Of a DNA stretch of 64,000 nucleotides, positions 37,361 through 46,075 are shown one piece after another; within the stretch, counting starts at the first letter, position 1, and each line of letters starts with the position of its first letter. A model generated the notes under the pieces. That model saw only the letters and a program-made list of their open reading frames with translations, made no database searches and was not told where the DNA came from. The DNA is from a bacterium. GTDB lineage: Bacteria; Patescibacteriota; Minisyncoccia; UBA6257; Colwellbacteraceae. A program made the translations under genes and the position numbers. The stretch covers positions 39,063 to 103,062 of the forward strand of contig JAJYME010000004.1 of NCBI GenBank assembly GCA_021787205.1, in the 5' to 3' direction.

Positions 37361-39457
37361 ATGGAGAACTTCATAGCATTAGTGACGCCAATGCTCCAAC
37401 ATATCGGAGTATTCGGCTATTTGGTGGTTTTTGCGGTAACTTTTACCGAGGCCGTAGCTTTTATCGGTTCATTTATCCCAGGCGGAACGATTTTGACGAT
37501 TGCCGGATTTTTTGCCGCCCAAGGATACTTTAGTTTTGCCAAATTATTGACCGTCTCCGCCTTAGGTGTCATGCTCGGTGACGGGCTTAGCTTTTGGTTG
37601 GGATCAAAAAGCAAGAGACTTTTTAAGGAAAAGAGATTTTTGCTTAATGAAAAAAATCTCGAGAAGGGGAGAAAATTCTTTGAAAAACATGGAGGAAGAA
37701 GTATTCTTTTTGGGAGATTTATCGCCCCAGTCAGATCGGTCATTCCTTTTGTCGCCGGGGCCTCGAAGATGGATAAGTGGGAATTCACCTTTTGGATGAT
37801 CATCGGCGGCATATTATGGTCCTTATTCCATATCGTCCTGGGATTCTTCTTTAGCGGGACAATCGAGACTTTGGGAATGTGGTCGACAAGGGTTGGTGTC
37901 TTTGTCGCGGCGATAATCGTCGGAATAATCATTCTCCAGCTTATGGTCAGGTTTGCCCATCCGATATTCGAATTCTTGGGGTCGCTGCTTAAATCAATAA
38001 AAGAAGCAATATTGGAAAATCCGGACGTGAAGAAAATGGCCAAGAAGCATCCGAAGATATTCGCCTTCTTAGGGAAAAGGCTTGATACCGGCAATTTCAC
38101 GGGAATGCTTTTAACATCCCTTCTAATAGCCTTTGTCTACATCCTTTCCGTTTTTGCCGGGACGGTTGAAGACGTGGTGACAAACTCGATAATCACCGGC
38201 GCTGACCTAAGGGTCGAGAATCTGGTTTATTCCTTCAGGAACACGGACCTGATCAAGTTCTTCTTATGGGTGACGACTCTTGCCAATGTTCGGGTAATTA
38301 TCGTCTTTGCGACCATCCTTTCCCTGATATTGTGGGTAAGGAGGAAGAAGGAGTTCATACTGCCGTTCTGGGTGACTCTTTCCGGATCGACTTTGTTCTA
38401 CACGATAACGAAGCTGATCGTTCACAGGCCAAGACCGGAATTGGCTTATTATGCCGAGCGCGGCTTTTCTTTCCCTAGCGGACATTCGACAATCGCGGTG
38501 GCTTTTTACGGATTTGTCGCCTACATCCTTTTCCGCAGAAAGCATCATTGGAAGATGAAGGCTAATGTTGTTTTCTGGGGATTATTAACTATCTTAGCGA
38601 TCGGTTTCTCGAGAATTTATCTCTGCGTCCATTATCTGAGCGACGTCATGGGAGGCTATATGATGGGCGCCTTGTGGCTGATAATCGGCATCATCCTTTC
38701 CGAGTGGTTGCTTAAATACAGCAATGAGGAGAGGCAACCGGCTTCAAGGAAGGTGTGGGTGACCTCCATCGTCTTAGCTATCCTGGGAATATCGTTCTAT
38801 GCTTATGCGGCCTATACTTTCAGACCCGTCCCTAATAACAAGGCGATCATACAGGATAAGGTGACGACCGCCGATATCCAGACGATGTTTAACGCTTACA
38901 ATCTTTCAAAATACTCCGAAACATTGTATGGAAACCCGATGGAGCCGGTCAGCTTGATCATGGTTGCCGATAATGATGAGAAATTCGTGAGCTCGATGAA
39001 GGAGGCGGGGTGGAGCCTTGCCGACCAACTCAACGTATCGACTTTAATTGAAGCCGGTCGGACGGCGATGTTCAATGAAGAATATCAAACCGCTCCGATC
39101 ACGCCTTCTTTCTGGAATGCCCAAACCCACGACTTCGGTTTTCAGAAGCCGACTTCGGAAAATAGCGTCCGATTCAGGCATCACGCCAGATTTTGGAGAA
39201 CGAACGTCAGGACTGAAGATGGAAAAAATATTTACGTCGGGACAACAAGCCTCGATGTCGGCATAAAGTGGTATATCACTCACAGAATTTCTCCGGACAT
39301 AGATACGGAGAGAGAATTGGTACTAAATGATCTCGAGACAATCGGGGCGGCAACTTACGTTGAAAAGATCCAACTGGTGGCTCCGCTTCTGGGAAAGAAC
39401 TTCGCCAGGGATCAGTTCTTTACGGATGGAAAGGCCTACATCATTTATTTTAAATAA
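37361..39457 (+). CDS. Fusion protein: DedA/SNARE-associated membrane domain + PAP2 phosphatase domain + a C-terminal domain of unknown function
   Basis: The N-terminus is DedA-like (GYLVVFAVTFTEAVAFIGSFIPGGTIL). The PAP2 motifs KLIVHRPRP, PSGHS and SRIYLCVHYLSDV follow. About 250 aa after the last TM helix remain unassigned. Confidence 0.65.
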   Translation: MENFIALVTPMLQHIGVFGYLVVFAVTFTEAVAFIGSFIPGGTILTIAGFFAAQGYFSFAKLLTVSALGVMLGDGLSFWLGSKSKRLFKEKRFLLNEKNLEKGRKFFEKHGGRSILFGRFIAPVRSVIPFVAGASKMDKWEFTFWMIIGGILWSLFHIVLGFFFSGTIETLGMWSTRVGVFVAAIIVGIIILQLMVRFAHPIFEFLGSLLKSIKEAILENPDVKKMAKKHPKIFAFLGKRLDTGNFTGMLLTSLLIAFVYILSVFAGTVEDVVTNSIITGADLRVENLVYSFRNTDLIKFFLWVTTLANVRVIIVFATILSLILWVRRKKEFILPFWVTLSGSTLFYTITKLIVHRPRPELAYYAERGFSFPSGHSTIAVAFYGFVAYILFRRKHHWKMKANVVFWGLLTILAIGFSRIYLCVHYLSDVMGGYMMGALWLIIGIILSEWLLKYSNEERQPASRKVWVTSIVLAILGISFYAYAAYTFRPVPNNKAIIQDKVTTADIQTMFNAYNLSKYSETLYGNPMEPVSLIMVADNDEKFVSSMKEAGWSLADQLNVSTLIEAGRTAMFNEEYQTAPITPSFWNAQTHDFGFQKPTSENSVRFRHHARFWRTNVRTEDGKNIYVGTTSLDVGIKWYITHRISPDIDTERELVLNDLETIGAATYVEKIQLVAPLLGKNFARDQFFTDGKAYIIYFK

Positions 39458-39458
39458 G

Positions 39459-39488
39459 AAAATCCGCCCGCTGAGGCGGATTTTTGTC
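39459..39488 (+). terminator. Rho-independent terminator
   Basis: AAATCCGCC CGCTGA GGCGGATTTTTG. Confidence 0.55.
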
Positions 39489-39610
39489 GTTTTTGCCTTA
39501 AGACTTTATAATTCATAAAAAGATGGGGTGTGGCAGCCGTTTGTCGTCCTATCTTTGCTAAGATAAGTTTTTTGAAGCTAGGAACAAAAGATCAGAAATA
39601 ACAAAAGAGG

Positions 39611-40315
39611 ATGACGATAATATCAAAAATAAGGAATGAATTGGAAGAGAGATCAAATTTGCAGACGAAGAAAAGCGCAGAGAGATTCTTCAGGGAGCCG
39701 GTAAAGATATACGGAGTGAAATCTGCCGAGGTCGGAATGATCGCGAAAAAATATTATAAGGAAATCAGGGAGCTGCCCAAAGGAGAGATATTCGCCCTGT
39801 GCGAGAAGCTCTATCAATCGGGAATGATGGAAGAATCTTTTATTGTCTCTTCGTGGACTTGGGCGATGAGCAAAAACTTCAAGCCTTCGGACTTCAAGGT
39901 TCTGGAAGGATTCGTGAAAAATCATATTTCTAATTGGGCTTCATGCGACGGCTTCTGTAACCACGCCCTCGGCGACTTCATGGTGATGTATCCAGAATAT
40001 ATCAAAAAACTTGCTGGATGGGCAGTCAGTGATAACAGGTGGGTGAGAAGAGCAGCGGCGGTGAGCCTGATTGTTCCTGCCAAGAAGGGTTTGTTCCTTA
40101 AGGAATCATTCAGCATTGCCGACATTCTTCTTGAGGACGAAGACGATATGGTTCAAAAAGGCTACGGATGGCTTTTGAAGGCGCAGACTGAAAAGCATAC
40201 GGAGGAAGTCTTTGAATATGTAATGAAGAATAAAGGAAAGATGCCTAGAACCGCTCTTAGATACGCGATTGAGAAGATGTCGCCCGAACTAAAAAAGAAA
40301 GCGATGGAAAGATAG
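39611..40315 (+). CDS. DNA alkylation repair enzyme (AlkD/AlkC-like HEAT-repeat glycosylase family)
   Basis: The N-terminus LEERSNLQTKKSAERFF...YGVKSAEVGMIAKKY and the overall ~230-aa helical repeat pattern fit the family. Confidence 0.6.
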   Translation: MTIISKIRNELEERSNLQTKKSAERFFREPVKIYGVKSAEVGMIAKKYYKEIRELPKGEIFALCEKLYQSGMMEESFIVSSWTWAMSKNFKPSDFKVLEGFVKNHISNWASCDGFCNHALGDFMVMYPEYIKKLAGWAVSDNRWVRRAAAVSLIVPAKKGLFLKESFSIADILLEDEDDMVQKGYGWLLKAQTEKHTEEVFEYVMKNKGKMPRTALRYAIEKMSPELKKKAMER

Positions 40316-40351
40316 TCCAGATAGGGCAAATGCATAAAATAAACCGTTTGT

Positions 40352-40359
40352 GGTATAAT
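40352..40359 (+). promoter_or_regulatory. Extended -10 TGGTATAAT
   Basis: ttgtggtataatcgg lies 10 nt before the ATG at 40369. Confidence 0.45.
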
Positions 40360-40368
40360 CGGAACAAG

Positions 40369-40815
40369 ATGAACAAATTGCGAATAATCGTGACGGTAGC
40401 GCTTCTGGCAGTCGTTGCCATAAGCGGATACTTCATTCTCGCTCCCAGCAAAAACGGAGGCGCGTTTCCAACGAATCCCCAACAGCAAAACCAAATTTCA
40501 AATCCAACTCAACCTGATGTTCCCGGAGCCCAAGTCGGAACCGGAGGCGGGTTAGGTGAAAATCAGGGGAAAGTGGTCGTTCCTTCCCAGCCAATTTCTT
40601 CCGGGAATGGCGGCGCTGGCTGCAAGGTTGGGGGATGCTCGGGACAACTTTGCCTTGATGCCTCCGGAGAGGAGATAGCCTCCACTTGTGAATGGAAGGA
40701 AGAGTATTCTTGTTATAAGAAAGCGAAGTGCGAGAAGCAAACCACCGGAAAGTGCGGTTGGACAGAAACTGCGGCTTTCAAACAATGTTTAGCAGAAATT
40801 AACCCCTCTTTATAG
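40369..40815 (+). CDS. Secreted Cys-rich small protein, hypothetical
   Basis: A signal anchor LRIIVTVALLAVVAISGYF precedes a C-terminal region with 8 Cys: CKVGGCSGQLC...CEWKEEYSCYKKAKCEKQTTGKCGW...C. Confidence 0.45.
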   Translation: MNKLRIIVTVALLAVVAISGYFILAPSKNGGAFPTNPQQQNQISNPTQPDVPGAQVGTGGGLGENQGKVVVPSQPISSGNGGAGCKVGGCSGQLCLDASGEEIASTCEWKEEYSCYKKAKCEKQTTGKCGWTETAAFKQCLAEINPSL

Positions 40816-40826
40816 AGGGGTTTTAT
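40801..40826 (+). terminator. Rho-independent terminator
   Basis: AACCCCTC TTTATA GAGGGGTT TTATT. Confidence 0.55.
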
Positions 40827-40854
40827 TGACAAAAACGGGTGATTATGATATAAT
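40826..40854 (+). promoter_or_regulatory. Consensus sigma70-type promoter: TTGACA, 17-nt spacer, TATAAT
   Basis: TTGACA at 40826-40831 and TATAAT at 40849-40854 form a perfect hexamer pair with optimal spacing, about 40 nt upstream of the gene at 40893. Confidence 0.6.
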
Positions 40855-40892
40855 CTAACCAGAAACTTAAATATGTTTGGAGGTGTATTTCT

Positions 40893-41366
40893 TTGTTCCA
40901 AAGACATGGTTTTTGGCAAAGCCGCGATGGCATAACAGGGAAGACCTTTGAAATAGAGGTGTTGGGAGTTTGTAGGAATGTCGGAGGGGAGGTTCAGTAC
41001 CTTCCTTATCACAAGGCGATGAAGGTTGCCATGAGCAACCAGCCTTGGGACGATCCGACAGACCCCGAACCTAGATTTCCAAGAGATTTGCATTTCCTGG
41101 TGTGCGAAGAATTAGGGATTGATTGCTCGGAGTTGCGCTATTACACCGCGGTCGGGACCGCATTCGACTTCTTCCATGGGATCGACGCCTTTTTTACCTA
41201 TAAAAGGGGAGATAAGGTCTACTGGGTCACTTTGGACCTGTCGCTCAGGCAGAAGTTTGAATATAAAGCTGACATCCTTGTTGGCTTTATGGAGAAGATC
41301 GACGACCTCAAGGCGTGTGCCCGGGAGATCGCGCAGGCGTTTCAGCAAAAAATCGCTACTATTTAG
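40893..41366 (+). CDS. Hypothetical protein (157 aa)
   Basis: It is an ORF downstream of the consensus promoter; no family was recognised. Confidence 0.4.
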   Translation: MFQRHGFWQSRDGITGKTFEIEVLGVCRNVGGEVQYLPYHKAMKVAMSNQPWDDPTDPEPRFPRDLHFLVCEELGIDCSELRYYTAVGTAFDFFHGIDAFFTYKRGDKVYWVTLDLSLRQKFEYKADILVGFMEKIDDLKACAREIAQAFQQKIATI

Positions 41367-41383
41367 AGAAAGGGTTGATAACC

Positions 41384-41626
41384 GTGAAAATCTACCAAAT
41401 TTTTTGTGGCAGATGTAGGCATACCAGGAAGGTGACGCAAGAAGAGTTCATCGATTTGATCGGCGCCGAGGCCTGGGAAGCATTGGACGAGAGGATAAAG
41501 AAAGGAGAAGCCGAAGGAGGATTGCTGATCTTCAACGATGGATGCAAGAAGTGCAAGCCGAAGATGAGGATTGACGGCATCTTGTGCGCCTTAAAACCCC
41601 AAACACTTGTAAGCCGTGTTGTTTAA
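41384..41626 (+). CDS. Small zinc-ribbon-like protein (2x CxxC), GTG start
   Basis: CGRC ... CKKC; GAAAGGG lies 8 nt upstream of the GTG. The ORF-track start at 41315 overlaps the upstream gene. Confidence 0.4.
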   Translation: MKIYQIFCGRCRHTRKVTQEEFIDLIGAEAWEALDERIKKGEAEGGLLIFNDGCKKCKPKMRIDGILCALKPQTLVSRVV

Positions 41627-41650
41627 AAAGCAACACGGCTTTTTTCTTTC
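41613..41650 (+). terminator. Rho-independent terminator
   Basis: GCCGTGTTG TTTAAAAAG CAACACGGC TTTTTTCTTTC. Confidence 0.65.
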
Positions 41651-41688
41651 GAGGTATATTGCAATGCAAAGAACCTTCTGTTATCATC

Positions 41689-42030
41689 ATGATAATGGAG
41701 AAAATAAAGTTGGAGAATTCACGGGCTCAGATGAAAAAAGGAGTTCTTGATTTTGCCGTGCTTTTGGTAGTTTCTGAGGGCGCCATATACGCTCCGGACA
41801 TAATCGTCAAGCTGAAGGAGGCGGGGCTGAGAGTCGTCGAGGGGACGATTTATCCACTCTTGAACAGGCTGAAAGAGAGCGAGTTTTTAGAATATGAGTG
41901 GAAGGAATCGAAGTACGGTCCACCGAGAAAATATTACCAATTGACCAGCAGGGGGAGAGCAGCCCTTAGAGAGCTTACTGACGGATGGAACGAACTCTCG
42001 AGAACGATAAGCAATTTGTTAAAAAAATAA
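41689..42030 (+). CDS. PadR-family transcriptional regulator
   Basis: The winged-helix signature GTIYPLLNRLKESEFLEYEW...PRKYYQLTSRGR is present. The start is placed after the terminator, because the longer ORF-track start at 41584 would read through it. Confidence 0.75.
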   Translation: MIMEKIKLENSRAQMKKGVLDFAVLLVVSEGAIYAPDIIVKLKEAGLRVVEGTIYPLLNRLKESEFLEYEWKESKYGPPRKYYQLTSRGRAALRELTDGWNELSRTISNLLKK

Positions 42031-42031
42031 A

Positions 42032-43780
42032 ATGAAGAAAACAATCAGCATTAGCATCGCCGGAGAGGTGTTTTACATCGAGGAAGATGCATACAACAAG
42101 CTTGACGGCTATTTGGAAGCAATCAAGAAAAAATTCTCAAAGGACGGCGAAAAAGAAGTAGTTGACGACATCGAATCCGCTATCGCCGAGGGATTCATCA
42201 GGCAATCGAAAGGAAGGGAAAGATTGTTGAGCCTCGAAGACATAGAGGAGATGATTGAGACGATGGGAACGGTGGAGGATATCGTCGGAGAAGACGAAAC
42301 TTCGGCAAGGGAAGAGAACGAGGAGGAGGACAAGTGCTGTTCCGGCCGAAGGATTTACAGGGATAAGGAGAATAAGATGATTGCCGGGGTTTGTTCCGGG
42401 CTAGGATCTTATTTTGATATCGATCCGACGATTCTTAGGATTCTTTTTATTTTACTCGCATTTCTCAACGGGATCGGGATCGTAGCTTATGTCGTTCTTT
42501 GGCTCGCCATACCGGAAGCGAAGACAGCCTCGGACAGACTGATGATGAAGGGGGAGAAGGTGACTATCGAGGGAATCAGGGAAGTCGCTGAAGACAGGGT
42601 TCCGAACCGCGGAGAGACCGCTGAATCCGGAATTGGCGGAATCTTGCATAAGATAACCGAAATCTTTGCGGTAATAGCCAATGCCTTACTGAAATTGATA
42701 AAAATCTTAATAAAAGTTTTTTTTAAGGTTTTGGGTTTTGTCTTGGTTGTCGCCGGAATATTTGCCGTTTTCGGTATAATTTTCGGATTTGGTTTTGGGG
42801 CGATGGGAAGCTCAGCCCTTATTATTAAATTTTTCGCCTCATTTGGAGGACTCAAAGCCGCTTTTCTCGCAATATTGGCGTTTATCATCGCCATACTGCC
42901 GCTGCTTTTTCTAATTTTTATAGGGTCATCAATGATGGCAAGAAAGCCGATGTTCCGATTATCGGGAGTGATCACGGGACTTGTTATCTGGCTCTTGGCA
43001 ATCGGGGGATGTCTCGCTATCGTTTCCGTGAAATATGGGACGATAATCAATGAAAGGGCTAATGCGCCGATAATTTCGAAAACATACGACTTGGATAAGT
43101 TTGACTCTGTCGATATCGGTAATCTTTCAAAAGTCAGCATAGAAAAAGGCGAGACAGCTAGTGTCACCGTAAACGGAACAGATCGGGGCATAAGCCAAAT
43201 GAAAGCGGAGGTGAGAGACGGAAAGCTGACTCTGACCAGGAGCGGCAACATTAACGATGAAGAATGTCCTTTTTGCTGGTTTGTCGTTGATAACAACCGG
43301 CCGGTAGAGGTTGATATCATAGTGCCGGAATTACATTCGGTTTCTGCTGGAAACACGACCAGTGTCACGATTTTCGGTTTTGACGAAAACGATCTTCTTA
43401 TCCAGGCCGAAAACGCATCTAGGTGGGAGATTAATGATATCAATATCAAAAAACTGACGCTGACAGCTAAGGATGTTTCCTCAATCGAAGCTGTGGGATC
43501 GGGGGATGAAGTCGCGATCATCGCCAAAGACGCGTCGCGTATCAATCTGATGAGGTTTCCAGTCCATAAGGCTGACGTCTCGGCTTATAACGTCGCTTCG
43601 GTAAAGATCAATGCCGATTTAGAAGTCTCGGTCATGAAGGAGGGACCAGCCAATGTTTCTTACATAGGCAATCCAGCTATAAAAGAAATAAAGGTTAGAA
43701 GAGTTGAATCCAAAGATGGCGCAGTAGAGGGTAGCCAAGAAACAAACATAAATCCTAATAATGAAAATTCCGCCCAGTAG
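42032..43780 (+). CDS. PspC-domain membrane protein with a large C-terminal extracytoplasmic beta-rich domain (DUF4097/adhesin-like)
   Basis: The PspC domain (KMIAGVCSGLGSYFDIDPTILRILFILLA) is followed by several TM helices and a ~250-aa C-terminal repeat-like domain. Confidence 0.7.
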   Translation: MKKTISISIAGEVFYIEEDAYNKLDGYLEAIKKKFSKDGEKEVVDDIESAIAEGFIRQSKGRERLLSLEDIEEMIETMGTVEDIVGEDETSAREENEEEDKCCSGRRIYRDKENKMIAGVCSGLGSYFDIDPTILRILFILLAFLNGIGIVAYVVLWLAIPEAKTASDRLMMKGEKVTIEGIREVAEDRVPNRGETAESGIGGILHKITEIFAVIANALLKLIKILIKVFFKVLGFVLVVAGIFAVFGIIFGFGFGAMGSSALIIKFFASFGGLKAAFLAILAFIIAILPLLFLIFIGSSMMARKPMFRLSGVITGLVIWLLAIGGCLAIVSVKYGTIINERANAPIISKTYDLDKFDSVDIGNLSKVSIEKGETASVTVNGTDRGISQMKAEVRDGKLTLTRSGNINDEECPFCWFVVDNNRPVEVDIIVPELHSVSAGNTTSVTIFGFDENDLLIQAENASRWEINDINIKKLTLTAKDVSSIEAVGSGDEVAIIAKDASRINLMRFPVHKADVSAYNVASVKINADLEVSVMKEGPANVSYIGNPAIKEIKVRRVESKDGAVEGSQETNINPNNENSAQ

Positions 43781-43886
43781 CGGAATTTTTTAATCAGGAG
43801 GCTTAATCGTTGTTTTTGCCATCGAGTTTTACCTGAGGAAATTTATTCACATTAACTTCGTTGGCGGATGATGGTATAATTTCCTT

Positions 43887-44432
43887 ATGATCGATTTAAA
43901 ATCCAAGAAGGCGCAGATCATAATCGGAGCGGCCGGAGCATTGATTGTGGTCTTGGCGCTCATTATCGGATTGAGCTATAAAAAATCCTCAAATAATACC
44001 GGAGATACAGCCGGGAAGAATAATGGCTTTGTTGAGACGGATACGAAAAAAATGGTGCCTAAAGGCGCTTATGTTCCAGAGGTTGACCAGCAAACCAACG
44101 ACAAAGATCTCGCGGTTCCGAAAGATGTGGTAAGCGCGGCTCCTGATGTCGATGCCAAGATGAGGCAATTTGAAGTTAGCGCCAACGGCGGTGTCTTCAC
44201 GCCATCAAAGATATCGGTGAGAAAGGGAGATACGGTAAGAATAAATATCGCTTCGATAGACAAGGACTATGATTTTGTTTTGCCTGATTTTGGAATGAAA
44301 CAAATTATAAACAAAGGAACCCAGAGGATAGTTGAATTCCAAGCGACGAACGAGGGCCAGTATGTCTATTATTGTGAAAAGTGCGGAGGAATTGATTCTA
44401 ACGCAAAAGGAACGATTACGATCGTCCCTTAA
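43887..44432 (+). CDS. Membrane-anchored cupredoxin-fold-like protein
   Basis: A signal anchor precedes the C-terminus FEVSANGGVFTPSKISVRKGDTVRINI...YVYYCEKCGGID...GTITIV, which resembles a cupredoxin_1-type beta sandwich. Confidence 0.45.
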   Translation: MIDLKSKKAQIIIGAAGALIVVLALIIGLSYKKSSNNTGDTAGKNNGFVETDTKKMVPKGAYVPEVDQQTNDKDLAVPKDVVSAAPDVDAKMRQFEVSANGGVFTPSKISVRKGDTVRINIASIDKDYDFVLPDFGMKQIINKGTQRIVEFQATNEGQYVYYCEKCGGIDSNAKGTITIVP

Positions 44433-44467
44433 GAGAAAAAGAACGGGAAACCGTTCTTTTTTGTCAA

Positions 44468-46075
44468 ATGACAAAGGTTATCAAAGATAGTAGACTTAAT
44501 GGCATGGAACAGGTAAAGAACAACAAATGGAGCGTCTGTTTTGCCGGCGAGGCAGGAAAAGGGATAGACAAGACAGCGGTTCTTTTTGGCAAGATTCTAG
44601 CGTCTTATGGTTATAGCGTTTTTATCTATCGTGATTACGGATCGCTTATAAGAGGAGGCCACAACTTTAGCATAGCGACCATATCTCAGACGGATATATT
44701 GTCACATGAAGATAGTTTCGATCTGCTCTTGGCCTATGATAAGAATTCTGTCGAGATTCACAAGGATGGATTAAAGATCGGAGGACAGGTATTCGCCGCT
44801 AACGACTTCGGAATTGAGGCGATTAACCTTAATCAAGACAAGATAACCAAAGAAAGCGGGGCTTCCGGAAATTTTGGAAACAATATCGGATGCGGCGCCT
44901 TGATGAAACACTTCGGGATACCTTTTGAATTTTTTGCGGCAGCGGCCGAAAAGCAATTCGGAGACAGGGCTGATATTGTAAAAGAGCTGGGAAGAATTGG
45001 ATACGAAGAGGCGACGACGAAGTTTCAGTTGCCTCTCGGTGATGAAAAGAGAATCGTGATAGACGGATCGGAAGCGGGGGCGAAAGCAATAAGCGCCATC
45101 GGCGGCATCCCGGCTTTTTATTACCCGATGACTCCCGCAACCGGACTCTTTGAGAGGCTTCAGGAAGATTCTAAATGTGACGTCTTCCAGGTTGACGACG
45201 AGGTGGGAGCCATCAACGCGGCGGCTGGAGCGGCTTTTTCCCGAGGGATAGCTTTGACTGGAAGCTCGGGCGGAGGCATTGCCTTGATGGGGGAGGGAGT
45301 TTCTTTCATTGGCATAGCCGAATTGCCGGTAGTCATCTATTTTGCCCAGAGACAGGGGCCCTCAACCGGAGTCCCGACTTATTCCGAGCAAGCCGATCTT
45401 AAGTTTGCGCTCAATCTCGGTCCCGGGGAGTTTCCGAAGATCGTAGTTTCCGCCGGCGATGCCAAAGGAATGTACGAACTGACAGAAGAGGCGTTCTATC
45501 TAGCGCAGAAATATCGATGTCCGGTCACCATCCTTTCCGATAAGAACATAGCAGAAAATTATTTCTCAGTCAGAGAATCTGACTTGAAGTTGAGAGAAAT
45601 CGCAAAGGATTTGCAAAGAGGAGCGCTTCCCGGGCTTACGACAGTCAGGGCTTCGAGTTACGAACATAACGAGGAAGGTTTTACGATCGAGGACGCCGAA
45701 TCAGTTCAAGCGGCGAATGAAAGGAGGCTCAAGAAGATGGAGCTTATCAAGGAAGATGTCAATGATAATTTTGAAATGACGAGAACTTATGGCGAAGGAG
45801 AAAATCTGATTATTTTCACCGGTTCCGTCAAGGGAGCGATAATCGACAATCTCCCGGAAAACTATCGGGCAATGGAAATAAAGTACCTCGAACCCTTCCC
45901 AGGAGAAACGGTAGCGGCGGAAATAAAAAAGGCGAAGAGGGCAATGACGGTGGAGATGAATGCCACTGGATTGTTATCCCAAATAATAGCGGAAAAGACG
46001 GGGCTTGCTACCGAAAAACTATTGAAGTATGACGGAAGGCCGATTGTAAAGAAAGACTTAGAAAAATTAAGCTAA
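44468..46075 (+). CDS. 2-oxoacid:ferredoxin oxidoreductase, fused gamma-alpha subunit
   Basis: The N-terminal gamma-like segment GEAGKGIDKTAVLFGKILASYGYSVFIYRDYGSLIRGGHN is followed by an alpha domain with YYPMTPATGL. Confidence 0.8.
   Translation: MTKVIKDSRLNGMEQVKNNKWSVCFAGEAGKGIDKTAVLFGKILASYGYSVFIYRDYGSLIRGGHNFSIATISQTDILSHEDSFDLLLAYDKNSVEIHKDGLKIGGQVFAANDFGIEAINLNQDKITKESGASGNFGNNIGCGALMKHFGIPFEFFAAAAEKQFGDRADIVKELGRIGYEEATTKFQLPLGDEKRIVIDGSEAGAKAISAIGGIPAFYYPMTPATGLFERLQEDSKCDVFQVDDEVGAINAAAGAAFSRGIALTGSSGGGIALMGEGVSFIGIAELPVVIYFAQRQGPSTGVPTYSEQADLKFALNLGPGEFPKIVVSAGDAKGMYELTEEAFYLAQKYRCPVTILSDKNIAENYFSVRESDLKLREIAKDLQRGALPGLTTVRASSYEHNEEGFTIEDAESVQAANERRLKKMELIKEDVNDNFEMTRTYGEGENLIIFTGSVKGAIIDNLPENYRAMEIKYLEPFPGETVAAEIKKAKRAMTVEMNATGLLSQIIAEKTGLATEKLLKYDGRPIVKKDLEKLS

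Noticed and set aside
41584-41688. Longer N-terminal extension of the PadR ORF (start at 41584)
   Set aside because: It would be translated through the strong intrinsic terminator at 41613-41650, and the PadR domain begins at the downstream ATG.
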